A stretch of DNA of 64,000 nucleotides from positions 74,307-138,306 of the forward strand of contig CAZMQV010000001.1 of the NCBI GenBank assembly GCA_964568675.1, written 5' to 3'. Positions 46,491 to 54,741 of the stretch are shown here, piece after piece. This stretch comes from an uncultured Paludibacter sp. Its GTDB lineage: Bacteria; Bacteroidota; Bacteroidia; Bacteroidales; Paludibacteraceae. The position numbers were made by a program, and so were the translations under genes. Within the stretch, counting starts at the first letter, position 1; each line of letters begins with the position of its first letter. The notes below the pieces were generated by a model that saw only the letters and a program-made list of their open reading frames with translations, did not search any database and was not told where the DNA came from.

Positions 46491-47924
46491 ATGACTACAC
46501 TAAAACAATTATTTGAAAAAGCGACCGGCAAGAACAATCCCGAAGAAGTGCAAATGGCTGTGTCGGGTTCCAATAGAAAGTATTACCGACTTTGGCAGGA
46601 CGATGTTTCTTTGGTTGGTGTTGTTGGCACGTCTGTGGAGGAGAATCGGGCTTTTATAGCTATGAGCAAGCATTTTGAGTTGAAAGGCTTGCCCGTGCCG
46701 CGTTTTATCGAGGCTTCCGACGACGAATTGCTCTATTTGCAGGAAGATTTGGGCGATGTTTTATTGTTCGATTACGTGAAAAAGGGAAGACAAACGCGCG
46801 TGTTCAGTTCTCACGAAAAAGCAATGCTTCATAAAACAATGGAGTTGCTCCCCAAAATTCAGGTTGTTGGCGCTCAGGGATTTGATTTCTCGCTGTGTTA
46901 CCCGCAGCCGGCTTTCAATAGCCGCTCCACCTTCTGGGATTTGAATTATTTTAAATATAGTTTTCTAAAACCGAGTGGTCTCGATTTTCAGGAAAATAAA
47001 TTGGAAGATGATTTCGAACGACTCACCAACGACTTGTTGGCAATCCCTGCCGACACATTTATGTATCGCGATTTTCAGAGCCGCAATGTGATGATAAAGG
47101 ATGAAAATCCCTTTTTTATTGACTATCAGGGCGGACGGCGCGGTCCCGTGCATTACGATGTAGCTTCTTTTCTATGGCAGGCACGTGCTCAATATGGTGC
47201 GGATTTGCGTGAAGAGTTGTTGCAAACATACTTGCGCTCATTACACAAATACCTCGATTTTGAAGATGAAAATTTCCGAGCTTCGCTCAATTTGTTCGTG
47301 CTTTTCAGGTTGATTCAAGTACTTGGAGCCTATGGCTATCGCGGTTATTTCGAGAAAAAACCACATTTTTTACAAAGCATTCCACACGCGATGGAAAATC
47401 TGCGTGAGTTGATGCGCGATACCAGTTTTCCGCACTATCCTTATCTGACCGAAGTACTTGAAAATCTCGCGGACTTAAAGCAATTCAAAGAAATGCAATT
47501 GGACAAACCGCTGGTAATCACCATGTATAGTTTCTCTTACAAAAAAGGTATTCCAAACGACAATTCGGGTAATGGCGGTGGTTTCGTGTTCGATTGCCGG
47601 GCGGTAAATAATCCGGGGAAATACGAACGATACTACTCCCTCACCGGTTTGGACGAGCCTGTAATTCAATTTCTGGAAGAAGATGGCGAAATTTTGAAAT
47701 TTATAAGAAATGCCCAGCTGCTCGTTGATGCCTCCACAAAAAGATATGTTGAACGAAAATTTACGAATTTGATGATTAGTTTTGGCTGTACCGGTGGCCA
47801 ACATCGCTCGGTCTATGCTGCGCAAAAAGTAGCGGAGCATCTTCATGAAAAATTTGGAGTTGAGGTGCGGCTCATTCATCGCGAACAAAATATCGAACAA
47901 GTTTTCGAAAGCAAAATTAATTAG
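46491..47924 (+). CDS. Fusion protein: APH-fold (AmgK-like) kinase domain plus RapZ C-terminal domain
   Basis: 477 aa. The N-terminal ~330 aa carry the catalytic loop YRDFQSRNVMI and the metal-binding FIDYQGG. The C-terminal ~140 aa match the RapZ CTD (FVFDCRAVNNPGKY..SLTGLDEPVIQFLE and ISFGCTGGQHRSVYAAQKVAEHL). Confidence 0.8.
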   Translation: MTTLKQLFEKATGKNNPEEVQMAVSGSNRKYYRLWQDDVSLVGVVGTSVEENRAFIAMSKHFELKGLPVPRFIEASDDELLYLQEDLGDVLLFDYVKKGRQTRVFSSHEKAMLHKTMELLPKIQVVGAQGFDFSLCYPQPAFNSRSTFWDLNYFKYSFLKPSGLDFQENKLEDDFERLTNDLLAIPADTFMYRDFQSRNVMIKDENPFFIDYQGGRRGPVHYDVASFLWQARAQYGADLREELLQTYLRSLHKYLDFEDENFRASLNLFVLFRLIQVLGAYGYRGYFEKKPHFLQSIPHAMENLRELMRDTSFPHYPYLTEVLENLADLKQFKEMQLDKPLVITMYSFSYKKGIPNDNSGNGGGFVFDCRAVNNPGKYERYYSLTGLDEPVIQFLEEDGEILKFIRNAQLLVDASTKRYVERKFTNLMISFGCTGGQHRSVYAAQKVAEHLHEKFGVEVRLIHREQNIEQVFESKIN

Positions 47925-48080
47925 AAAACAAGCTCTTTTATCTACACTCGAATTAAACTAAAGGAACCGTCTGGCTAAATCAGAATTTTTTTTTGTGAAT
48001 TATTATACAGTTTTTCTGCTTATTTTTATAAACTTAGTTTTCGTGCGCTGCGTTTTGTTGGTTATTTCTCAATAATTTAG

Positions 48081-48088
48081 TAATTTTG
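48081..48088 (+). promoter_or_regulatory. TAnnTTTG -7 box (TAATTTTG) upstream of the DUF1599 gene
   Basis: Exact consensus match, 40 nt before the ATG at 48128. Confidence 0.45.
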
Positions 48089-48127
48089 TAGTCGCAAAAA
48101 ATAGATATGAAAGTCTGAAGAATCTTT

Positions 48128-48664
48128 ATGACCACAAACGAACAATATGACCACGTAACGACCTTGTGTCGAGATATTTTTGAGAAGAAATTGAAAGATT
48201 ACGGAGCATCGTGGCGAATTTTGCGCCAATCATCCGTTACTGATCAAATTTTTATCAAAGCCAGTCGGATTCGTTCAATCGAAACTAAAGGTGAAAATAA
48301 AGTGGGCGATGATATACGCGGCGAATTGATCGCAATTGTAAATTATGGAGTTGTTGGGCTGATTCAATTGGAGCTAGGGGTGGCAAGCGCCGACGATACT
48401 AATCAGGAACTTGCTTTGTCGCTCTACGACAAATACATTCGCCATGCGAAGGAGTTGATGTTGAACAAGAACCACGATTACGACGAAGCATGGCGTTTGA
48501 TGCGTCCGCAGTCATACACCGATTTGATATTGATGAAAATTAACCGAACAAAGCAAATTGAAGATAATCAGGGTAAAACAATTATATCGGAAGGAATAGA
48601 TGCTAACTATTTTGATATGATTAATTACTCTATTTTTGGTTTGATTAAAATGGAATTTGAATAA
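48128..48664 (+). CDS. DUF1599-domain protein (two tandem copies of the domain)
   Basis: 178 aa. The repeat is visible as KDYGASWRILRQSSVTDQIFIKASRIRSIE and HDYDEAWRLMRPQSYTDLILMKINRTKQIE. Confidence 0.75.
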   Translation: MTTNEQYDHVTTLCRDIFEKKLKDYGASWRILRQSSVTDQIFIKASRIRSIETKGENKVGDDIRGELIAIVNYGVVGLIQLELGVASADDTNQELALSLYDKYIRHAKELMLNKNHDYDEAWRLMRPQSYTDLILMKINRTKQIEDNQGKTIISEGIDANYFDMINYSIFGLIKMEFE

Positions 48665-48764
48665 TGATTTTGCGTAACACGGAATGTCTCGGATATGAAA
48701 ATGAAATTCATTCGAGCCTGACAAGAAATGAAACGCGGAACCCAATTTTTTTTAAGTAGTAAAA

Positions 48765-49934
48765 ATGAAACGCAGAACCACAAACAGATACAACGCTAAA
48801 AACAGATATAGTTCGACTCAAGTAAAAACAAAATGGCAAAAATTAGGTGCCATTTCGCTGACAATAATTCGCTTTGTGTTAGCGGCTGTTTTTATTTTTT
48901 CAGGATTTGTCAAAGCAATTGATCCGCTTGGTTCTACCTACAAATTTGAAGATTATCTGACTGCTTTTGGCACCCCGTTTTCAAATTTGAGTTTTATGGC
49001 GTTTCCTGCCGCAATAGCGCTTTCTACACTTGAGCTTGCCATCGGTTTTAGTTTCTTATTCAAAATAAAACCAAAAACAACTTCAATCATCGCATTGTTG
49101 TTTATGCTGGTGATGTTGCCACTCACGCTCTATATCGCGCTTTACAATCCGGTAACCGATTGCGGCTGTTTTGGCGACGCGCTCGTAATCTCCAATTGGG
49201 CTACATTTTATAAGAACATTGTGATAACATTGTTCATTGTCGCGCTTTTGGTGTTCAACAAACGTGTTTATCGTTTTTTTATGCCTGCCGCAGAATGGGC
49301 TATGATTACCGTTTTTGTAATAATAGGAGTGGGAATATCACTTCATAGTTACTACCATTTGCCAATTCTGGATTTTCGACCCTACAAAGTGGGCGTAAAC
49401 ATTCCGGAAGCTATGAAAATCCCCGAAGGAATGCCCCTTGATAAATACGAAACAAAATTAATATACGAAAAAGGAGGTGTTGACAAAGAATTTACGCTTG
49501 AAAATTATCCAAAGAATGATAGCACGTGGCGCTTTGTTGGGCAGAAATCCATTCTGATTGAAAAAGGATACGAACCTGCAATTCACGATTTCAATATCGT
49601 GGATGAAAATGGTATCGACCTCACCGATAATTTGATCCACCATGCTGGTAAAGTTCATTTTGTGATTATGTACGACTTGGGAAAATCGAATAGGAATGAA
49701 GTGGCAAAAACAGAAAAACTGTTTCAGCAGGCAAAGCAAAATAACGAAACTTTCTATGCGCTTACCGCTTCGACTGACGAGGTGATAGCGAATTTTAAGA
49801 AGGAAACAGGTGTAAGTTATTCGTTTTGCAAAACCGACCCGATAACGCTAAAAACCATAATTCGGGCAAATCCCGGTCTGATGACAATTCAAAACGGAAC
49901 AATAATCAATAAGAAGAATCTCCGCGATTTGTAG
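48765..49934 (+). CDS. DoxX/MauE-like membrane domain fused to a thioredoxin-like (TlpA-fold) domain (BT_3928-type)
   Basis: 389 aa. N-terminal 4-5 TM with the MauE-type motif VTDCGCFGDA. The C-terminal soluble domain has Trx-fold length but no CxxC. Confidence 0.7.
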   Translation: MKRRTTNRYNAKNRYSSTQVKTKWQKLGAISLTIIRFVLAAVFIFSGFVKAIDPLGSTYKFEDYLTAFGTPFSNLSFMAFPAAIALSTLELAIGFSFLFKIKPKTTSIIALLFMLVMLPLTLYIALYNPVTDCGCFGDALVISNWATFYKNIVITLFIVALLVFNKRVYRFFMPAAEWAMITVFVIIGVGISLHSYYHLPILDFRPYKVGVNIPEAMKIPEGMPLDKYETKLIYEKGGVDKEFTLENYPKNDSTWRFVGQKSILIEKGYEPAIHDFNIVDENGIDLTDNLIHHAGKVHFVIMYDLGKSNRNEVAKTEKLFQQAKQNNETFYALTASTDEVIANFKKETGVSYSFCKTDPITLKTIIRANPGLMTIQNGTIINKKNLRDL

Positions 49935-50064
49935 TAGTGCGATTCGTGTGAAACAATAGAAAGATATAGAATAATTTTTTAATTTTTAAATAATGTCGCC
50001 GGCTTAAGTCCGATTAAAAAATGAGACGATTGAAGTGTGGATGACCTTTTATTCCAAAAAAAGT

Positions 50065-50823
50065 ATGAGAAAAAACATTGTAGCAGGTAACTGGAAAATG
50101 AACAAAACCCTGCAAGAAGGTTTGGCGCTTGCCACTGAGTTGAACGGCACGTTGGCCGGAACAACACCAAATTGCGAAGTAGTAATTGGCACTCCATTTA
50201 TCCATTTGGCAAGTGTGGCATCAGCTGTTGACACTTCGGTGATTCATGTTGCTGCCCAAAATTGTGCCGACAAAGAATCGGGCGCTTACACCGGCGAAAT
50301 TAGTGCGGCTATGGTGAAATCAACCGGCGCCGACCATGTGATTCTTGGACACTCCGAACGTCGTGCTTACTATGGCGAAACATTCGGCATTCTAAAAGAA
50401 AAAGTTCTTTTAGCGCTTAAAAATGAGTTGAAACCTATTTTCTGTATCGGTGAGTTGAAAGAAGAACGTGAGGCAAACAAGCAAAACGAAGTGGTGAAAG
50501 CTCAACTTGAAGGCTCAGTTTTTAATCTTTCTGCCGAAGATTTTTCGAAAATCGTTTTAGCGTATGAACCAGTTTGGGCTATCGGTACCGGGCTGACAGC
50601 TACTTCAGACCAAGCGCAGGAAATCCATGCTTACATCCGTAGCTTGATAGTAGAAAAATACGGAAATGAAATCGCTGAAAATACGACCATTCTTTATGGA
50701 GGAAGTTGCAATGCAGGTAATGCAAAAGAGCTTTTCTCAAAAACCGATGTTGATGGAGGACTTATTGGTGGAGCTTCGCTTAAAGTTGCTGATTTCAAAG
50801 CAATTATTGATGCCTTCGCATAG
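50065..50823 (+). CDS. tpiA: Triose-phosphate isomerase
   Basis: [33 protein letters not shown] prefer the ATG at 50065 ([15 protein letters not shown]) over the ORF-track start at 50035. Confidence 0.95.
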   Translation: MRKNIVAGNWKMNKTLQEGLALATELNGTLAGTTPNCEVVIGTPFIHLASVASAVDTSVIHVAAQNCADKESGAYTGEISAAMVKSTGADHVILGHSERRAYYGETFGILKEKVLLALKNELKPIFCIGELKEEREANKQNEVVKAQLEGSVFNLSAEDFSKIVLAYEPVWAIGTGLTATSDQAQEIHAYIRSLIVEKYGNEIAENTTILYGGSCNAGNAKELFSKTDVDGGLIGGASLKVADFKAIIDAFA

Positions 50824-50854
50824 TAACTGAAAAAGATATTCGCATTTGTCATCT

Positions 50855-50897
50855 AAAAAAATTCCTGCTCTTCGGTATTGAATGCAGGAATTTTTTC
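50855..50897 (+). terminator. Rho-independent terminator after tpiA
   Basis: AATTCCTGC (50860-50868) pairs with GCAGGAATT (50884-50892), followed by TTTTT. Confidence 0.75.
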
Positions 50898-50935
50898 TAT
50901 TTTTGTGTTTTGATAATTTTTTTAGATAAGAAAAA

Positions 50936-51541
50936 GTGGTAAAAATTTACGAAGAAAATCCGAATCCAATTAAAATTCGCCATGTAGTCGAAATATTGCG
51001 TAATGGTGGGATAATAATTATCCCAACAGATACGGTTTACGCTTTCGCCTGCGATATCTTTAATTCCAATGGAATTGAGCTGATTTCGAAGTTGAAAAAC
51101 CTTGATTACCGCAAGAGCAATCTATCATTTGTTTGCCATGAAATGAGTCAGATAAGTGAATTTGCTAAAATGGACGACAAGGCATTTAAATTGATGAAAA
51201 AGAATCTTCCCGGTCCGTTTACATTTATTCTGCAAGGAAGTAATCGACTGCCAAAGCTATTTAAGTTTCGTAAAAATGTAGGAATCCGGATACCTCAGAA
51301 TAATATTGTACTTGAAATTGTGCGTGAGTTGGGCAATCCAATCATGACAAGTTCATTGCTTACGAATGACGAAATTCAAGAATACTTTACCGATCCCGAA
51401 TTGATACGCGAAAAGTATGATCAGCGTGTGGATTTGGTGATTGACGGCGGAGTAGGCGGTTTGGTTCATTCCACCATTGTTGACTGCACAGGCGACGAAC
51501 CCGAAGTGGTGCGCGAAGGAGCAGGGGAGCTTGATTACTAA
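50936..51541 (+). CDS. tsaC: L-threonylcarbamoyladenylate synthase (YrdC/TsaC family)
   Basis: 201 aa. IIPTDTVYAFACD, LPGPFTFIL, VGIRIPQN. GTG start. A TATTTTTG box lies at 50898-50905. Confidence 0.8.
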   Translation: MVKIYEENPNPIKIRHVVEILRNGGIIIIPTDTVYAFACDIFNSNGIELISKLKNLDYRKSNLSFVCHEMSQISEFAKMDDKAFKLMKKNLPGPFTFILQGSNRLPKLFKFRKNVGIRIPQNNIVLEIVRELGNPIMTSSLLTNDEIQEYFTDPELIREKYDQRVDLVIDGGVGGLVHSTIVDCTGDEPEVVREGAGELDY

Positions 51542-51684
51542 CTATTTTTTTTTAGAATAACAGCTGGTATTTTGTTGACGGTAGGCGTAGGTCGAAACGA
51601 ACATTTCGACTGAAATCTGCCGTTTGCATTTTGTCAAAATGTCAAAATATATCTGATTATTTTCGTTATTTCGGGAAATACGTG

Positions 51685-51692
51685 TATATTTG
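51685..51692 (+). promoter_or_regulatory. TAnnTTTG -7 box (TATATTTG) upstream of buk
   Basis: Exact consensus match, 30 nt before the ATG at 51722. It overlaps the third copy of a TTGTCAAA(A/T) word, whose other copies are at 51630-51648. Confidence 0.45.
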
Positions 51693-51721
51693 TCAAATAA
51701 AATCAATTCAAAGCCGCATCT

Positions 51722-52786
51722 ATGCAAAATATTCTTGTCATCAACCCTGGTTCAACATCAACCAAAGTTGCCGTTTTCGAAAATGATATCAAACTTGTAG
51801 AATTTTCAATTCAGCATTCATTCGAAGAGTTGATGAAATTTCCTCACATTACCGATCAGTTTGATTTTCGTTACGAATTAATTATTAAGGCATTGACTGA
51901 GCGGGGCATTGAATTGAATTTCTCAATAGTAATGGGGCGTGGGGGCATGTTGCCTCCCGTGCAGTCTGGCGTGTATCAAATAAATGAAAAGATGTTGGAC
52001 ACGCTACGCAAAGCCGAGCGTGGCGAACATGCAAGTAATCTCGGAGCCTTTCTTGCGAATAAAATTGCAAGTCAGATATCCGGCTGTAAAGCTTACATTG
52101 CCGACCCGGTGTCGGTTGATGAGTTCGAAGCTATATCGCGGATTAGCGGTATGCCCGAAATACCGCGTCAATCAATATTTCATGCTTTGAACCAAAAGGC
52201 AGCCGGGCGCTATCACGCCATGAAGGTTGGACGAAAATACGATGAGTTGAATTTGGTAATCGCGCATCTTGGAGGTGGAATTACAATCGGCGCGCATCGC
52301 AAGGGCAGGGTGATTGATGTCAATCAGGGCCTTGATGGTTATGGAGCAATTTCACCGGAGCGATGTGGCACTGTTGATGCCGGGTTGCTCACCCGATTGT
52401 GTTTCTCGGGAAAATACACTCAAAATGAGATCCTCAAAAAATTAGCCGGTAAAGGTGGCTTGTCAGCTCATTTGGGATCGAATGACTTGCGTGAATTGGA
52501 AGTAAGAGCCGCGCAAGGCGAAGAAAATGTAATATTGATGCTTCAGGCAATGTCTTACACTATCGGTAAAGAGATTGGAGCAATGATAGCCGCGTTGCGA
52601 GGCGATGTGGATGGGGTGATACTTACCGGAGGGGTGGCATTTTGCGCTTTTGTAGTAAACTATGTAACAGATATGATTGCGCCTTTGGCACAAGTGTATG
52701 TCTATGCCGGGGAAGACGAAATGGCTGCCTTGGCTGCAAACGCGGTGAGGGTGTTGCGAGGCGAGCAAGCAAAACAATTTGAATAA
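51722..52786 (+). CDS. buk: Butyrate kinase
   Basis: 354 aa. ASKHA fold with ILVINPGSTSTKVAVFEND and IAHLGGGITIGAHRKGRVIDV. Confidence 0.9.
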   Translation: MQNILVINPGSTSTKVAVFENDIKLVEFSIQHSFEELMKFPHITDQFDFRYELIIKALTERGIELNFSIVMGRGGMLPPVQSGVYQINEKMLDTLRKAERGEHASNLGAFLANKIASQISGCKAYIADPVSVDEFEAISRISGMPEIPRQSIFHALNQKAAGRYHAMKVGRKYDELNLVIAHLGGGITIGAHRKGRVIDVNQGLDGYGAISPERCGTVDAGLLTRLCFSGKYTQNEILKKLAGKGGLSAHLGSNDLRELEVRAAQGEENVILMLQAMSYTIGKEIGAMIAALRGDVDGVILTGGVAFCAFVVNYVTDMIAPLAQVYVYAGEDEMAALAANAVRVLRGEQAKQFE

Positions 52787-52805
52787 GATTTATGTCAATA
52801 CGATA

Positions 52806-53393
52806 TCATGTAGTTAAACCTCGGTCTTTTGATTTAGGTTTTTTTAGTACAAAAAGCTCATTCCATGCTACCCAAAGAAGAAATATCATTCCATAAAAAG
52901 CGTATTTCATTACATATTCGTGCCAAAAGTCAAACTGTTCGGGGTGCTTGTCGATGATGGCAGTAATGAAAACGATGCGAAACAGATTGAAAAGATACAC
53001 AAAGATCAGACCCATGGGGATATACCAAAGTTTGTGTTTCCATGGTCCGCTGAAAAAAGCGATGATACAAAAATAAATATAGGCTTGTTTTATTCCGGAA
53101 CATGACCACACTACGCATACCGAGCTGCCACTAATGCTATGACGCACCACGTTATTTGGAGTTAAACTTGTGTCATATCCGATGAAATTTAATATTTGAT
53201 GTGTCGAAACAGCGATTTGGTGAGATAAATATACAAAAGGACGAGAAATGTCAATCCCAAAGAAAGTAACCGACACGCCACTTTCATCGCCCAATACAAA
53301 ATACTTCCAGAAATAATTGGAAACAATCAGGATGATGATAAAGGAAAATACACCCGAAAAAACTTTCAAATTTTTAGGAAGTAGGTTTTTCAT
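52806..53393 (-). CDS. Minimal exosortase/archaeosortase-family transpeptidase
   Basis: 195 aa, polytopic. Candidate catalytic triad pattern: VVWSCSGIKQ (Cys), FNLFRIVF (Arg), FDFWHEY (His). Confidence 0.6.
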   Translation of the reverse strand: MKNLLPKNLKVFSGVFSFIIILIVSNYFWKYFVLGDESGVSVTFFGIDISRPFVYLSHQIAVSTHQILNFIGYDTSLTPNNVVRHSISGSSVCVVWSCSGIKQAYIYFCIIAFFSGPWKHKLWYIPMGLIFVYLFNLFRIVFITAIIDKHPEQFDFWHEYVMKYAFYGMIFLLWVAWNELFVLKKPKSKDRGLTT

Positions 53394-53409
53394 GTTTTGC
53401 CAAATTACT

Positions 53410-54447
53410 TTATGCTAACAAATTGCTGACACGCGCGTAGGGCGATTCGTCGAGCTTGCAAAATTGATTGTTTAAGTATTTGTAATAACCCGTGATGGCT
53501 ATCATGGCCGCATTGTCGGTAGTAAAAGCAAAAGGTGGAATATATACCTCCCAACCAAGTTTTGCCGCGTGGTCATGAAATGCTTGGCGTAAACCGGAGT
53601 TGGCGGATACCCCCCCCGCGACAGCAATCTGGTTGATCCCAAGTTCTTTAGCCGCTTTTCGAAGTTTATTCATCAATATCTCGATTACAGTGTATTGAAG
53701 ACTCGCGCAAAGGTTGTTCATGTTCTCTTCCACAAATTTTGGATTTTCTTTCAGATTATCTCGAAGCAGATAAAGAAATGAAGTTTTAAGCCCGCTAAAA
53801 CTATAATCGAAGTTTGCTATTTGCGGTTTGTTTAATTTGAATGCCAATGGATTGCCATCCTTTGCCAGTCGGTCAACATGCGGGCCTCCCGGATAGGGCA
53901 ACCCCATTACTTTCGCACATTTGTCGAATGCCTCGCCGGCAGCATCGTCGATAGTTTGCCCGATAACTTCCATGTCAAGAAAATCGCGTACCAAAACGAT
54001 TTGTGAATTACCGCCCGAAACGAGTAGGCAGAGAAACGGAAATTTTGGGAATTTCTCATTTTCTTTCCCTTGACTTATAAAATGAGCCAACACATGCGCT
54101 TGAAGATGATTAACATCCACCAACGGTGTATTCAGCGCTTGCGATAGACCCTTGGCAAACGAAGTGCCCACGAGAAGCGACCCAAGCAAACCGGGCCCAC
54201 GCGTGAAAGCAATGCATGTGAGTTCGTTCTTATCTACACCGGCTTCCATAAGCGCTTCGTGCACTACCGGAATGATGTTTTGCTGGTGCGCGCGCGAGGC
54301 TAATTCCGGTACTACACCTCCATATTTTTCGTGAATTTTCTGACTTGCTGTGATGTTGGAGAGCATCACTCCATTGCGGACAACGGCAGCCGATGTGTCG
54401 TCGCACGATGACTCGATGCCAAGTATTGTAATGTTTTTTTCTGTCAT
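53410..54447 (-). CDS. tsaD: tRNA N6-adenosine threonylcarbamoyltransferase
   Basis: ILGIESSCDDTSAAV, HxxH region LQAHVLAHF, AVAGGVSANSGLR. I prefer the ATG at 54447 (MTEKNITILGIE). Confidence 0.95.
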   Translation of the reverse strand: MTEKNITILGIESSCDDTSAAVVRNGVMLSNITASQKIHEKYGGVVPELASRAHQQNIIPVVHEALMEAGVDKNELTCIAFTRGPGLLGSLLVGTSFAKGLSQALNTPLVDVNHLQAHVLAHFISQGKENEKFPKFPFLCLLVSGGNSQIVLVRDFLDMEVIGQTIDDAAGEAFDKCAKVMGLPYPGGPHVDRLAKDGNPLAFKLNKPQIANFDYSFSGLKTSFLYLLRDNLKENPKFVEENMNNLCASLQYTVIEILMNKLRKAAKELGINQIAVAGGVSANSGLRQAFHDHAAKLGWEVYIPPFAFTTDNAAMIAITGYYKYLNNQFCKLDESPYARVSNLLA

Positions 54448-54741
54448 GCTGCTATATCTTGCGCTTTTACTCAACAAAAACTGTTCTTTTTTGACTTCAA
54501 ATAAAAATTTCTCAACAAAATTACTATTTACGTTTGGAATAACATCGTTTCATCCATGTAAGTTTGTCGTAATTTGTTAATATTGTATTTTATTACGAAG
54601 AATAACGACGTAAAACCTAATTAAAAACCACTCCGAAAACGACATAATTCGTAAAAAAAGAGTTACTTTTGTAAGTTAAAACCCTTTGTCAGTATTAAAA
54701 TAGTTAGAAATATAATTTTAATTGTCGTTTTCACGCTTATT

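Noticed and set aside
51627-51700. Palindrome CATTTTG-T-CAAAATG and a three-fold TTGTCAAA(A/T) word upstream of buk, considered as an operator
   Set aside because: The words overlap promoter-like TTTG elements and are AT-rich. They cannot be separated from ordinary promoter sequence without comparative data.
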